Shown: positions 13,822 to 28,109 of the stretch, one piece after another
Layout of the letters: every line of letters starts with the position of its first letter
Numbering within the stretch: the stretch's first letter is position 1
Source: Octopus sinensis
Taxonomy: Eukaryota
Length of the DNA stretch: 64,000 nucleotides
Direction: 5' to 3'
NCBI RefSeq assembly: GCF_006345805.1
Contig: NC_043006.1
Span: 47,988,001-48,052,000, forward strand
The notes under the pieces: generated by a model
What the model saw: only the letters and a program-made list of their open reading frames with translations
Told to the model about the DNA's origin: nothing
Database searches by the model: none
Position numbers and translations under genes: made by a program

Positions 13822-14017
13822 TAGGCCCGGGAGTGGGTTTGTGGTAAGAAGCTTGCTTCCCAATCACATGGTTCTGGGTTTTGTTCCACTGCGTAGCACC
13901 TTGAGCAAAGCAAGTATTTTCTACTATAGCCTTGGGCGACCAAAGCCTTATGAGTGGATTTGGTTGAGGGAAACTGAAAGAAGGCCATCGTATATACTGA
14001 AACAAGTAACAAGTAAA
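13822..14017 (+). mobile_element. SINE family A, 5' half plus terminal tail
   Basis: taggcccgggagtgggtttgtggtaagaagcttgc...gtggatttggttgagggaaactgaaagaaggccatcg. Confidence 0.8.
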
Positions 14018-14138
14018 TGAATAAAATATTATATATATATATATATAATATATATATATTATATATAATTATATATATTATATATAATATATATATATTA
14101 TATATATATATATATATATATGTAGGTATATATATATG

Positions 14139-14170
<32 letters not shown>

Positions 14171-14237
14171 CACACATATAGTTTCAAATTAAAGTGAGCT
14201 TAAGGATATTACTAATTTAAGACAAAAAGGGGATATA

Positions 14238-14270
<33 letters not shown>

Positions 14271-15411
14271 GATGAAACCTGGACTACATACTTGCAACTC
14301 GTTAATGGCGGCTTTAAATAAGGTGATAACTTACTGTTGAGCCGCATAGTGATATCTGCAATTGTACCGCTAGCTCTATCACTGCGTCTGTCAGTTTATC
14401 TAGCACTCCATGAATAGCATCACTTAGCGTTTCAAGTATATTTTTTTATTTTACTGTAAATGAGCGTGTATGCGATCATTTCACCAGCTGAGATATTGTA
14501 AATAATCCCTCGCCAAATCACACGCACTTGTCTTAAAAAAACAGCAATCGATTAATATAAATAAACCACGATATACAATGCAGTAATTGAATGGGATCAG
14601 TCAGTTCTCGACGTTGATAAGCCTTGTGAGATTCTGAGCGAAGAGAAAAGTATTTACTGGTTGCTTTTTGTGTTTTTCTTTTTTTTTCTAAAGGAATTTC
14701 GTAACTTTATGTTATAATATCAATATCGATAAATTACAATATCTGATATCTTTCTCAATTTGAAGCTATAAACATTCCTGAAGTTATGATTCTTCTAGGT
14801 GGAATGAAAAATGTTGTAAAATTAACATTTGCTGGATTTCAGAAAGAGTTTCTATGTTTGTAGAACTGAATATTAAATTCACCAACAGGGATTTCTACAT
14901 GGCATTTGGTAATTTTAGTGGTTGTTCTGTTACATTCGTAAATAACGTCACTAGGAAGATAATAAGAATACAACGATATTTCTTGGCACTTCTGTAATTA
15001 CAATTTGAATTATTGAAGTATATTGGATGAAGTTGACTTTTACAAATTTAGAATCAGGTCATTTGGAGGATGATTGGGACAACGGTATACAAATATATAC
15101 ATACTTAGGTATACACACATACACACATACACACAAATTGAGTTTTTGCATGTATATATTTATGAATGTACTCAAGGCGTTGGCATGACAGGAATACATT
15201 TATTTCCACCATATTTCATGTATTTACTCGATTTTGTCTTCCTTTATGAATATTCGAGAAAATGGGCTTTCGTCTTCAATTATCTTCCTTCACTTCACAA
15301 TTTAAAACTCTGTTTTGTTTTATATTCTTTATTCAGGTGAGATTACTTTTCTATGTATACATTCATGTATGCGTACTCTTCATGCACGTCTGTGCCCGTG
15401 AGTGGAGATGA

Positions 15412-15457
<46 letters not shown>

Positions 15458-15500
15458 GTGGGTGTGTGTGGTGTGGTGGTGTGTGTGTGTGTGTACATCC

Positions 15501-15635
15501 GACGGGCTCACGAGGGTTTGTCCGTCGCGAGGCTATAGTAGAAGACACTTACCCAAGATACCAAGCAGTGGGACTGAACTCGGAATCATGTGGTTGGTAA
15601 GCAAGCTACTTACCACACAGCCACTCCTACGCCTA
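15501..15635 (-). mobile_element. SINE family A, 5' half
   Basis: gaggctatagtagaagacacttacccaag...ggtaagcaagctacttaccacacagccactcctacgccta. Confidence 0.85.
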
Positions 15636-16010
15636 TATATGCCTGCCTATGTACCTATCTATCTATCTATCTATTTGTCTGTCTATGTATATACATATAT
15701 AAATGTGCGTGCGTGTGTGTGTGTGTAATATTGGTCATCATTCACACGCACACGAATGCACTCACTGACCTATGCATAAATATAAAGTAAAATTAGCCAT
15801 GCATAAAACTCTGAACGCGATGCACAATATATGTATCGAGATCATGCAAAGAAAAATTTTAATTGCAACACTGCGAGTGTGCATATGTGCGTGCGTGTGT
15901 TTGTGTGCCGGGTGCAGAAGGTGAGTTGTATTTCTTAGAGAGAAGTGTACTTGAGTACATCTCCTTGACGGAAGTCAAGTTATGTGTAACAGGAGTATAT
16001 TATTTATGTA

Positions 16011-16114
<104 letters not shown>

Positions 16115-16555
16115 TATATATATATATATATAGGGTGGGTGCATATATGTATATTATGTATGTTTACAAAGAGTATGCATGTATGCATGTAATGTTTTAT
16201 ATGTGTGTGAGAGATACCGAAAGACCTTTCAATATCTTAAGGCTATTTTAATCGATATCCTATCCGATCGATATCCTATCACCATCTTCACCAGCAACAA
16301 GACAATTGAATGTCAAGACTATTAATTTTTACTCTTCCTTTCGTGAAAGCAGAGGTTTTATTACACATTAAACGTTTTCCCGAAGATCAGAGAACACAGA
16401 AGATAATAGACATCAGGGAAGTGTTTCAAGAAACCCTTAGAGTGAAAATGAATACATACATGCATGTGTACATATATATATATATATACGCACACACACA
16501 CAAATGTACATATATATACACACATATATATATATGTATATATATGTATATGTCT

Positions 16556-16586
<31 letters not shown>

Positions 16587-16999
16587 CATATATATATATA
16601 CACATACGCATATTCATCTATTTAACAATCTATGTATCCCCCTCTTTCCTTCTCCAAATATATATATACATATGTTATACAAGCGTATATGTATATTTAT
16701 ATATAAATGCACATATATTTATATATATAAAAATATATATATATATATATTATATATATATATAATATATATATTAGGAATACATGTATACACACACACG
16801 CAAGCATACTCACACACAAACACACATATAGTATATACACACACATGCATATATATATTTATATGTATATATCTTCTGTGTGTGCTTATGTGCGTGTAAG
16901 TGGTTTACGTATGCAGATGCGTGTACGCGCGTACATGGCATATAAGTATATATATATATATATATATATAAGCATTTGAAGATATATATATATATAATA

Positions 17000-17057
<58 letters not shown>

Positions 17058-17810
17058 GGGAGTATAACTGCAAACTTACAGGGAAAAATTCAATTAGTAT
17101 TAAATCAAATTTCACGATATAAATTTGAAATTGAATTATTTTGGGATAAATTTAAATTCAATTTAATTGTAATTCGAATTGAAGTATAGCCACGAAACAT
17201 ACTTAGTCTTTTTACATATTATATAATGTTTATTCATTATTATGTACCTTTTGTGATCTAGATATATGTTTTATAATATATTTTATTCTTCTATATGATA
17301 TGGTTTATGTCTATCATGTTGAATTACATAATAGTGGTTTTTCTCATTTATATATATATAATATATATATTATATATATATAATATATAATAGAGAGAGA
17401 GAGAGAGAAGAGGAGAGAGAGAGAGAGAGAGAGGAGCGAGAGAGATTCATATGTATTGATAGAGACAGTTATGATATAAAGCAGAAGATGCCGAATGTTT
17501 CAAAGTATTACCAAAGCAACGTAAAGAAATAAATCAATATTAAATAAGTAAGTAATAAATAAATACATGGGGAAAAGGGATGAAAATTATTGACGTGTAG
17601 ACGAGGAAAGTTTTCCATATCATATCTTATAAGAAGGAAAAAGATCAAGGTGAAGTGAAGCGGAAGTATGATGTAACAGATGTAATTACTTGGTAATGTT
17701 TATGTAGAGTAGGTGCATGCAGACGTATGAATAACGTATGTATGGACTATGTACACAAACACACACACACACCAGAAAAACACACACGGACAACCCCACA
17801 TCTACACACG

Positions 17811-17880
<70 letters not shown>

Positions 17881-18118
17881 GCATACATAGATGCACGTAT
17901 AGATTAATACAATAGAAGTACTAACCATATCATTTGTAGGGCATAAAGAAATATACATTTTTGGACATATATTACCTCATAGACACGCATATATAGATTA
18001 AGTTATATTATACACAGACACATACAAACATATATCCATGCACATATATACACGCAAATACGCACGCATATACATACAAATATATATGTAAGTATGCACA
18101 CAAAACACACACATGTTC

Positions 18119-18177
<59 letters not shown>

Positions 18178-18194
18178 TATACAGTTGAAATTGG

Positions 18195-18376
18195 TAGAAC
18201 AAAAGACAAAGACAGGTGTATAAACAACAAACAGTTGTATTAATTTGACGCTGGGGAAAGTGAGAACGTCTTTTACGTTTCGAGCCTACGCTCTTCAAGA
18301 GAAAGAAACACGAGGAAATAAACAGAGAGAGAATAAGAGAGAATCACGGAAAACTTGTGGATTTAGCGATCAATCA
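18195..18376 (-). mobile_element. Hammerhead-like (CUGUYGA-type) short element, family H
   Basis: Contains tcttttacgtttcgagcctacgctcttc, as do the copies at 27.7, 28.7 and 63.7 kb; abuts a (TA)n tract. Confidence 0.65.
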
Positions 18377-18391
18377 TGACGACTATATATA

Positions 18392-18548
18392 CTCTTTACT
18401 CTTTTACTTGTTTCAGTCATTTGACTGCGACCATGCTGGAGCACCGCCTTCGGTCGAGCAAATCGACCCCAGGACTTATTATTTGTAAGCCTAGTACTTA
18501 TTCTATCGGTCTTTTTTGTCGAACCGCTAAGTTACGGGGACTTAAACA
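18392..18548 (-). mobile_element. SINE family A, 3' half
   Basis: ctcttttacttgtttcagtcatttgactgcgaccatgctggagcaccgcc...gaaccgctaagttacgggga. Confidence 0.85.
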
Positions 18549-18948
18549 TACATATTCACTCCTTATATCCGATGATTTGCAAACGTCTTGCACATGTAAG
18601 TGCTACCTGTGGAGAACACCGCATACCGGAGGCCAGCAAGTGTATGGGATCGTCAGGAGAGAATGCGCACTATTTCGGAGCCTACTTCCCGGCGGCATGA
18701 ATGCGCACCGGTCCCCACTCACTGATTAGAGGCTTCCGCTTGCTAGGTCAACTTGTTATTAAATAAAGTCTAATATTCTATTCTGCGTGTCCTTGGATTA
18801 ACGAATAAACAGCTGAGTATTTCACAGACGTATATAATCTTGACGCAAATTTCAAAAGAGTCAATTTAAAACTGTGATAATGCTAGACTTTTTGAATTAA
18901 TGTAAAATCCATTCAACAGGCCTCTGTACAGGTTCCTTCCATTAAATT

Positions 18949-19240
18949 TCATCGCTCATCGTCTCTTTTAAACCAAATCCAGTGGCTACCCTTTTCCACT
19001 GTAGTTTGGATATCGATCATGGTGGTATTTACTTTACGATGAGTTAGGCCTAACGATAACAATAGTCGTCTCACAAATCCACTACATCCGACTTCAATTG
19101 GAAAATGCTCCTCTTTCCAGCCTGCGTCTTCATAATTCCTGATGAGGTTTACATAATGGTCAATCTGTCGAGCCCGAGCGGCGTCCAAGTTATCTTCATG
19201 AAGAACCATTAACTCGAATAGATTCACAAATTTCTTTCCT
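18949..19240 (-). mobile_element. HERO-like (R2-group) non-LTR retrotransposon 3' fragment: C-terminal restriction-like endonuclease region
   Basis: Translation FELMVLHEDNLDAARARQIDHY..LI...AGW...FPIEVGCSGFV...LG...EKGSHWIWFKR matches the recalled HERO C-terminal pattern ELTVPWE..A.ERK..Y..L....GW....P.EVGCRGF....AS.W.W.KR. Confidence 0.75.
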
Positions 19241-20532
19241 TGTCAGTTTTTTTCTATGAAATCTTTCTTGAGTGAACTGTTACCGACAAAGCCAGTTAAC
19301 TTCTTATTGGGATTTCAGCTTTAGAAAAAACTTGTTGGTTTTATTATGGTATATTTGATTAAAATGGTATGCAGCATGAATATTTATTGCTTGATATAAA
19401 AATTAGGCATCACGTTTGAAGAACCTAGGCTTCGGATATATTAGAGAGAAGCCTTATTTATTCAGGTGTCTCAGTTCAACTGCAAATTCAAATATTGAAT
19501 AATAAGATAAATTCCCGATTGAACTAAACACTAATCAAACGAAAATATAAATGAAGAATTTACAACGTAAAACCGTGTATAAAGAAACGGACACCGTTTG
19601 TCTATTGTTGAACAGGCGAGGAATCGAAAATTCTCTTAGTTCATCTTACTACAACAAACAAAGAATATTGCTCTTTTTTTATTGCAAACAATGCTCGTTC
19701 TCACGTCTTCAACTTAGCGTCAATGGGATGTATTTCTTTCATATAAAAATGCTATTAAAATATGTCTGAATTGAGAACAAGAAGACGAGTAAATCAAAAA
19801 GAAAGAAAATGATGTATCTACTTGGCGGCTGACGTATGTGGATATTCATAATATATTTTCTTTATTTCATGTTGCCTATAAATTTATTCCGAATTTTCTT
19901 TATACAAGCAGAATTACACTGACTCACACAAACTCATGCAGAGTTTCGCTTATAAACTCTCATACAAACACACACCGACAACTACATACCTATACATGAA
20001 TCCCATTTGTAGTATACGTAGAATAACTGCATACAAAGTAAAGAATGTAGTTTCATCAAGATGGAGTAATATTTCGAAGCATAACTGGTGCTCTCTTCAG
20101 GAAGTCTAATATACTATCTGCCAAAATATTGCGAAGGTTCCGGAAGCTTGAATAACATTTTCTTACTTCTACCGCGAGTGTAATTATTGATTATTTCCAA
20201 TATCCATTCAATTTTTTTTTTTCACATCCACCGTTTAATACAGACGAATCAATACAAACATAAGTATACTTCCTGCTTTGCCAGCAAGCGATCTACTGAG
20301 TGTAATAAACAATTCTTTCGACTTGATGTGTTGTGCTTCTCATTCATATTTATATCTTATTTTATTTATTCGTTTTTAATAAATGAAACAAATACATATA
20401 ATATAATGGAAGAATATATTACAGTCTGCAGAACAAATGCATATGTATATATGTATGTATGTATGTACGTATGTATGTGTGCATATATATATATACATAA
20501 TATATATATATGCATGTGTGTGTGTGCGTGTG

Positions 20533-20730
20533 TGGAGGCGCAATGGCCCAGTGGTTAAGGCAGCGGACTCGCGATCGTACGATCGCGGTTTCGATTGCCA
20601 GATGGGGTGTTGTGAGTGTTTATTGAGCAAAAACACCTAAAGATCCACGAGGCTCCGGCAGTGGGTGGTGGCGAGCACTGGGATGGATGTAATCGCCCCA
20701 AAACTTCAGGCCTTGTGCCTATATTAGGAA
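20533..20730 (+). mobile_element. tRNA-derived SINE family C
   Basis: tggaggcgcaatggcccagtggttaagg (A box), gtttcgattgcc (B box), gtgtttattgagcaaaaacacctaaa; homologous to 36310-36577 and 56293-56585. Confidence 0.85.
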
Positions 20731-22264
20731 ATTTTACATTAATATTATTTTAAAAGCTTAATCCGAGGTGTAAGATCAAATCCTTTGATCTTCCTGAAGG
20801 ATATCATCACCGATAAGGTTGAAGATGCATATTAATTAAGAGACTGGAGGTGAGTCGCAAATATCTTGGCGTGGATTCCACTTAAGAGGGTGCGTGATAT
20901 CATATAACAGTTTTACAGAACAAGAATTCTCTTTACCATAGAAGAGCATTAATGTTCTTAAGATGGGCTTCCACACAGTTTTCTTGTCCCAAGTTTTATA
21001 AAATGTTGTAGTTAAATACATGTTCGTAAGGTACCACGTATTAAAGTTATAACTGAAATCACTCAACTGAAATCACCCAGGCATGCATGCCTACTCGTAC
21101 ATATTTTCCACAGAGTGACAGAGATTAAATTGATTTCACAGTTTTCTAAAAGTATTTCACTGCACGGCAAATTACTGCTGCAAATCATAGCAGTCCTCGG
21201 TCCATATCAATTTATTTATGCCGCAAGCTGAGAATGAACATGTACTCCATAACTTCCGTATTACTTGGTCGATTAGCTAATGAAATGTTCTCTTTCTTAT
21301 GCTTGTTACTATCGTTAAAACAATCTCGCTTATCCTTTTCTAAGAATGTAAATACCTGCGCTAAGTTGTGCTTAAAGCCACTAAGCAGTGTACTCTTTGC
21401 CCTGCTAAATGCTTCGTTAGCACCAAGTGCATCGAAATCTAATCAGTGAGGTGTTAATTAATTGGAAATATTAACTTTCCACTCGTAGAATAAAGTGCCA
21501 TTCAATTTATAAAGAAAAAAACACACAGAAATCTGAATGAAACTTAAATGAATCTTCCATACTGACTGACGTTGAATAAGAAATTTTTGAAAGGCGTTAC
21601 AATTGAAGCTATTGATAATTATGTAATGTTAAAAGATAACAGTTCACTACACACAGCATTAATAGAATCATTTAAATGCATTTCTAATTGTCTAGATTCG
21701 CATCCTGATTGCCTGTAGTGTCTAGAGTTTATTGTGGGCTTTGGGCTTAACTGTTCTCCAAATCAATAACATCATCCAGTCCTTGAGTGCTTTCAGATAT
21801 TTTCACTCAGTTACAATATTACCAACAATACCTTCCTACATTACCAGTACAGATCAGAAGATATTTAAGCCGGGCACTAGTAGCATTTCTATCACTACGT
21901 TGGTTGGAACTGGACAAGTGATGGACATTACATCTCTTCTGCTGACTATTTTGTTTGTTTCGATTTTAATTTACTTATTTATCTATTGTTAATTTCCCAC
22001 TGAGAAATCACCGAAGATTTAGTTTGTTATCAAAATGTAATCATTTCTCCGATACTTCAAAATCTATGATAATTACTATTAATAAATTACCATGAAATAA
22101 AATATCAAATTGCTATATATACACGATGGATCTTGAATAGCTCGCACAGAGAAATAATGACAAAAGTAGTTACTGACAAATGACTGATATATCTAGAATG
22201 AAACATTCTTACCATGTACAATACTGACTTAAAAAGGAGGCATAAGGACTGCCATTCAAACGAA

Positions 22265-22655
22265 GTGGGTAGTTCAATTACATCTACCCCAGTCTTGAAA
22301 TTGTATTTATTTTATCGGCTCAAAAACGCTCAGTAGCAAAGTCAACCACGGAGGAATTTGATCTGAGATCGTTAAGACGGACGAAATACCCCTAAGCTTT
22401 CTACCCGGTGTACTAACGATTCTTATTTCTTTATTGCCCACAAGGGGCTAATCATAGAAGGGACAAACAAGGACAGACAAAGGGACTAAGTCGATTACAT
22501 CGACTTCAGTGCGTAAATGGTACTTAATTTATCGAACCCGAAAGGATGAAAGGCAAAGTCGACCTCGGCGGAATTTGAACTCAGAACATAACGGCCGACG
22601 AAATACCGCTAAGCATTTCGTCCTGCGCGTTAAAGATTCTGGCAGCTCGCCGCTT
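22265..22655 (-). mobile_element. SINE family B (head ggcggcgagctggcag; central gactttgcctttcatcctttcggggtcgataaa domain), two tandem bodies
   Basis: gaaaggatgaaaggcaaagtcgacctcggcggaatttgaactcagaac...gcagctcgccgc, with a decayed second body upstream. Confidence 0.85.
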
Positions 22656-24140
22656 TTACATTGTGCAATATTGATATCTTTTTAACTCAGTTGAATTCGA
22701 ACTCAAGTCGGTGTACATGGGAATTCAATCTCGATATATTAGTAGGGATTTTAAAGAGTAGCGTCGATCCGAGTGAAAATTGAAACCATAATATAAAGCA
22801 TGCATAAATTAAGCAATTTGCTTCTGAGGTTCGAACGTTCAGTAATCTTACATAACTACCATACATGCCATAATTCGCTAAATGAACCTCCCGTTTTAAC
22901 TAATATTTCAAATGATCTTTGAAAACATATTTTACTGGATTATGTGCATCATATCTTATGTGATAAGCACAAGGTTTCTCAGTCATCCCATTCACACGTC
23001 TCAGGTAAATTCTTCCACGGTAGATTATTTGTTTTACACATGGGTTTACCGAAGCATCCGGCTCAACAGATGTACTCCTGGCCAATACTCTACTCCTGGC
23101 CATGTCAGCCTTATCAGTGCCATTACAATACATCTTCTCTTGACCTGAAACTTGATACAGAAACTTCTGCTATTTGACCTCCATCTGAGGAACCCATCAA
23201 AAGATTGCATATTGAATGTCAAGTCACTAGAAACGTTCAGTCATCTAGCACATCAGGGGAAAATGGTGGCTTTATTATATCACCTTTCTGATTGCCATCT
23301 ATAATAATAGATTTTACTATCTTCGCTTGAGACCTATTTCAGTGCTTTTTACTGTTGGACAAGCTTCTGAGTCACACTTCATATTGACTGTTTATTCAAG
23401 AACATGTCACTGTAAATGTTGACACCTACTATCGTTGAGAATGTCATTTCATATGCGACCTGTTGCTGAGAAATCTATCACAAGACACTACGATTTTTGA
23501 TAATATTTTCATTAATTTATTTGTTGCATAAGATATGCCAAAGTGAGTCATCTGTCACAAGACTTTTTTTCAGAACGTTATTATCTGCCATGTGAAATTA
23601 ACATTTTTTCATAGAATTGTTAAATAAAACAAACGTTAATATTATTTCCGATATATTTCAGTCAGAAATATTCATTGAATAAAATGCACCTCCAAGACAT
23701 TTAAAATATCCTATACCACTGCCGTTTCTTATATCTATCCCTCCTTTCCAATCACACTATTATCTACAATTCTCTATTATTCTTCTACTTTCAGTTTCTC
23801 CTCTTCTCTCTGAAAATTAGATGTCTTTCTTGGAAGTAGTTGAAAGAAAGTTTTCGAATTTTATTACCGCCATATTTGCTACTTGGTTCCTGCCTTCAAG
23901 ATCAAAAGATACCGTTTGCCATTGATCGTTACAAGCTCCACTGATCTATGCCACATCCTGCAGTGCAATGAGGAAATCTTAAATAATTTCTAAACACTCT
24001 TCTGTCGCAGCATCCTTAAGTGACCGGTTTCTTTGGCCGCAGCTTACACTATCGATCTTCTATTGCATATAAAACGTTTTATACATGAAAAGCATATCGA
24101 TTCTATCAATTTCCACTATTTCTTATGTGCAGCTATTATC

Positions 24141-24772
24141 TTCACCATCACCACAAACACCATGAACATCATTACTGATATCATCATCATCGTCGTCGTC
24201 GTCGTCATCATCATCATCATCATCAGGATCACTTCTTAAATCCTATCATCTGTATCATCATCGTCATCGTCATCATCATCATCATCATCATCGTCGTCGT
24301 CGTTATCATCATTATCATCACCATCATCATCATCATCATCATCATCAGCCTCAATATCATCACCATCATCACTACCATCACATCATCATTATCGTCGTAA
24401 TCCTCCTCATCATCATCATTATCATCATCATAATCGTTGTCGTCATCATTTCTATCATCATCATCTTCTTCTTCTTCTTCTTCTTCTTCTTCTCTTCTTC
24501 TTCTTCTTCTTTTCTTCTTCTTCTTCTTCTTTTCTTCTTCTTCTTCTTTTCTTCTTCTACTTCTCTTCTTCTTCTTCTCTTCTTCTACTACTACTACTAC
24601 TACTACTACTACTATACTACTACTACTACTACTACTACTATACTACTACTACTACTACTACTACTAATACTACCTCTTCTTCATCATCTTTCTTCTTCAT
24701 CACCGTAATCCTCATCGTCGTCATCATCATCGTCATCATCATCATAACCATCATCAACATCACGTCATCAAT
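24141..24772. repeat. Compound trinucleotide microsatellite (CAT/CGT)-(CTT)-(CTA)-(CTT)-(CAT)
   Basis: Directly visible; block changes at about 24464, 24585, 24675 and 24698. Confidence 0.95.
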
Positions 24773-26006
24773 CTAGTCATCAACTCCACTCTCTTTTAGT
24801 ACAGATTTCTTTGTCGCCATAGTTTTTGCCTTTTATCATATACGCCTCGAAGTATTGCTTTTAGACATAAATCTTTAGGTACTATCTTTGAAGTACCGAT
24901 TTTCAATGTACTTTATCAATAAAGTACTTTGATTTCTTTTTCTCAATGTCTGTATAATTTCGCGATATATATCAGTGACATTTATACACAAAAACATATA
25001 TACATATATATATAATATATATATATATAATATAAATATATACGTAGACACATATTTAACAAACGCGCACATATATGCATATCTATACATGCATGTGCAC
25101 GCACGGAGCTTTCCGTTCTCTTCATTTCGATAAAGGACTATGCTTGAAACGTAAAAAGCCTTTTTTCCCCGCCTCAATTGAGCATCAAGGTAATACATTC
25201 CATATGTACGTCATTTTGCTGCTTTTTTATTTGTTATTTTTAATGCTTGATTGTTACTGTTCAGTTTTTAATGTTTGATTTGACTATCACGAAATGTGGA
25301 GTAGATAGACAGCCGACAACTGATGAAGAATATATTTAGAATTAAAGTATTCTGTTTTAGAATGAAAGCGTTAAACGTCGTGTCCAAACCTTGTTTCAGA
25401 GTAAGTCCCAGCTTGTGTGTCTGCAGAGTACGTCACCACTTATGGCTCCCATGCGTCATCAGCGATACTGTGCGTTCGTCGTTAGATCTGCGTCCGTTAT
25501 GCCAAGGTGCAGGGAATAAATTTGACAGAAACAGAGAGGCTAATTCGCTGGTGTAACGGGAAAACACATAGTCGCGTTAACAAAGGGATGTAGGTTCTAG
25601 TTCCCTGTGGATAGGAAAGCCTACTTTTTTCTATCGAGGGCTTATATGTTCCATTATTGGAATATTTTTCTTAGTTATTGAATATTTTTCATATATTTCT
25701 ATATATATTAGAGGAAAAAGAACAAAAACCAAGGCAGGACGTGTATCTCAAGTCAATTACAGTAAGGTGATTTTGCGGTAATTTATTAATTAATTATTGG
25801 ATTCATACTGCTGTTTCTGGCTTAGCGTTTCATAGATGCGAAATCGGATACACATTAAACTTCGTGTAAACACATCACTGCTATAAGTTTTAGATGTAAC
25901 TCTTTTTCGGATATATGATCCACTGGTGATCGATATATAGGGATACGAAACCGGATATACTTTAACTTCACGCAAATACATTACTGATGATTGATCCACT
26001 GATGAT

Positions 26007-26058
<52 letters not shown>

Positions 26059-26075
26059 CATATATATATATATAC

Positions 26076-26240
26076 GACGGGCTTCTTTCAGCTTCTAAAT
26101 CCACGCACAAGGCCACAAGGCTTTGGTCGGCCCGAGGCTATAGTAGAAGGCACTTGCCCAAGGTGCCACGCAGTGGGAATGAACCCGGATCCATGTGGTT
26201 GGTAAGCAAGATACTTACCACACAGCCACTCCTTCGCCTA
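26076..26240 (-). mobile_element. SINE family A, 5' half
   Basis: gacgggcttctttcag...cccaaggtgccacgcagtgggaatgaacccgg...cacagccactccttcgccta. Confidence 0.88.
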
Positions 26241-26792
26241 TATATATATATGTATATACGCACATAAGCCTGTTGATACCTACCAATCTATTTTAGGTGC
26301 CCAATGCTTTGTGCGCATGCGAATGTTTGGGTAGGTACAAACGTACGAATAGAGTTACGCGTTTATGTACGAATGCTTATAGCTTGTTTATCTAACGTAT
26401 GAATGAAATTATTTCTGTAATTTAACTTGTGATGAGATATCAGTGTGTTTCTTAATATTCCACGCAACCGAATCAAATTAATATATGTGATTACGTATTA
26501 AAGTGTATGCGTGTGTGTGTTTGTGTGTGTGTGAGTGTATGTGTGTGTGTGCGCGCGCGATCGTTTGTGCATGATTATGCTGTGCGCGTGTTGCGTGAGT
26601 GATTGAGGGAGACGGTCTTTGAGTGAATGTAAGATACGAGACACATCAAAGTCTAAGAACTCCGATACATTTTTCGAATGATTTACCACAGACTCTATAT
26701 TAATATTAACGCATATTTTGACTTTAAACATATTTTTTCCCAGTTAATCTCTGTTTTATCTCTTCGTCACACAGGCTTATAGATACATACAT

Positions 26793-26850
<58 letters not shown>

Positions 26851-27421
26851 TATACATATTTGTGTATGTGTCTGTGTATATACATATATACATACATACA
26901 CGCACACATATATATATATATATATATATATTCAGCCATATATATGCGACATCAACGCATATATACGCTCATGCACACAAAGGCACACACACACACATAC
27001 AAATATATATACACATAGAGACGTATGTATGCATAAATGTGTGTGCGTGTATACTATTTCATATTCGTTTATATGATATATACATTATCTAAAGACAGCA
27101 ACGAAGTTATTCAACCCCTCCCACACACACATATACGAGCATGCGTGCGTATGTGTGTGTGTGTATATCTTTTTGTGTATAAATGTATGTATGTATGTAT
27201 GTATGTATGTATGTATGTGTATGTATGTATGTATATATAGATTAGTGTCACCATTAGTCATTATTACCTATTCCAAATATTACTTATATAGTGTTTTACT
27301 TTTTTTCTTTCCGTTTGATCTTTTTGGAATGGACATTTTTTGTTATAATAATTACATAAATTTTCAACTAGCATACTCTTTTTTAATCGCTCCTTCTCTC
27401 TCTCTCTCCCTCTCTCTCTGC

Positions 27422-27463
<42 letters not shown>

Positions 27464-27592
27464 ATGTATGTAAATATGTGTGTGTTGCACGTACTAACAG
27501 ATATATAGATACACACTGAGAACCATGACTAAATCCTATATGCGTGTATATATAGATATATTATATATATATATATTATATATCTATATATA

Positions 27593-27650
<58 letters not shown>

Positions 27651-27682
27651 TATTATTATATATGTATGTATGTATCTCTGCA

Positions 27683-27822
27683 TACAAACACACAAATGTA
27701 TTAGTATAGCGCTCAGGAATAGAATAGAAAAAGTCTTTTACGTTTCGAGCCTACGCTCTTCGACAGAAGATACACAGAAAAGAACAAGGAGAGAAAAAAA
27801 TGCGTGTAGGAGCTAACGATCT

Positions 27823-27826
<4 letters not shown>
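27683..27826 (-). mobile_element. Family H hammerhead-like element between (TA)n tracts
   Basis: Near-identical to 28675-28820. The minus strand reads tctt-CTGTCGA-a-gagc(gtag)gctc-GAAA-cg-TA-aaaga. Confidence 0.75.
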
Positions 27827-27912
<86 letters not shown>

Positions 27913-28109
27913 CATATATATACATATATATACATATATATATATATAATTGTTATCGCCATATTAATATACCAGTCTTATAGATATAAGACTAAAAGCT
28001 GTCGCTGATTAGCTCCATGAGGCCATCGCCTTAAGATAGCTATTGACACACAAAATGTGTCCATTATACCTTCGAACAAGGAGGTCAGCTTCACACTGCT
28101 AGTCAGACA

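Noticed and set aside
16357-16383. LLHIKRF peptide seen here and at about 24057
   Set aside because: A short AT-rich match expected by chance; the flanks do not align.
20533-20600. SINE heads as true tRNA genes (also about 30794, 50994, 60628)
   Set aside because: No complete cloverleaf or acceptor stem, and each continues into a SINE body.
23800-24040. Minus-strand DFLIALQDVA as a LINE APE endonuclease relic
   Set aside because: Resembles DIIALQE, but the surrounding frames are broken and no second motif could be confirmed.
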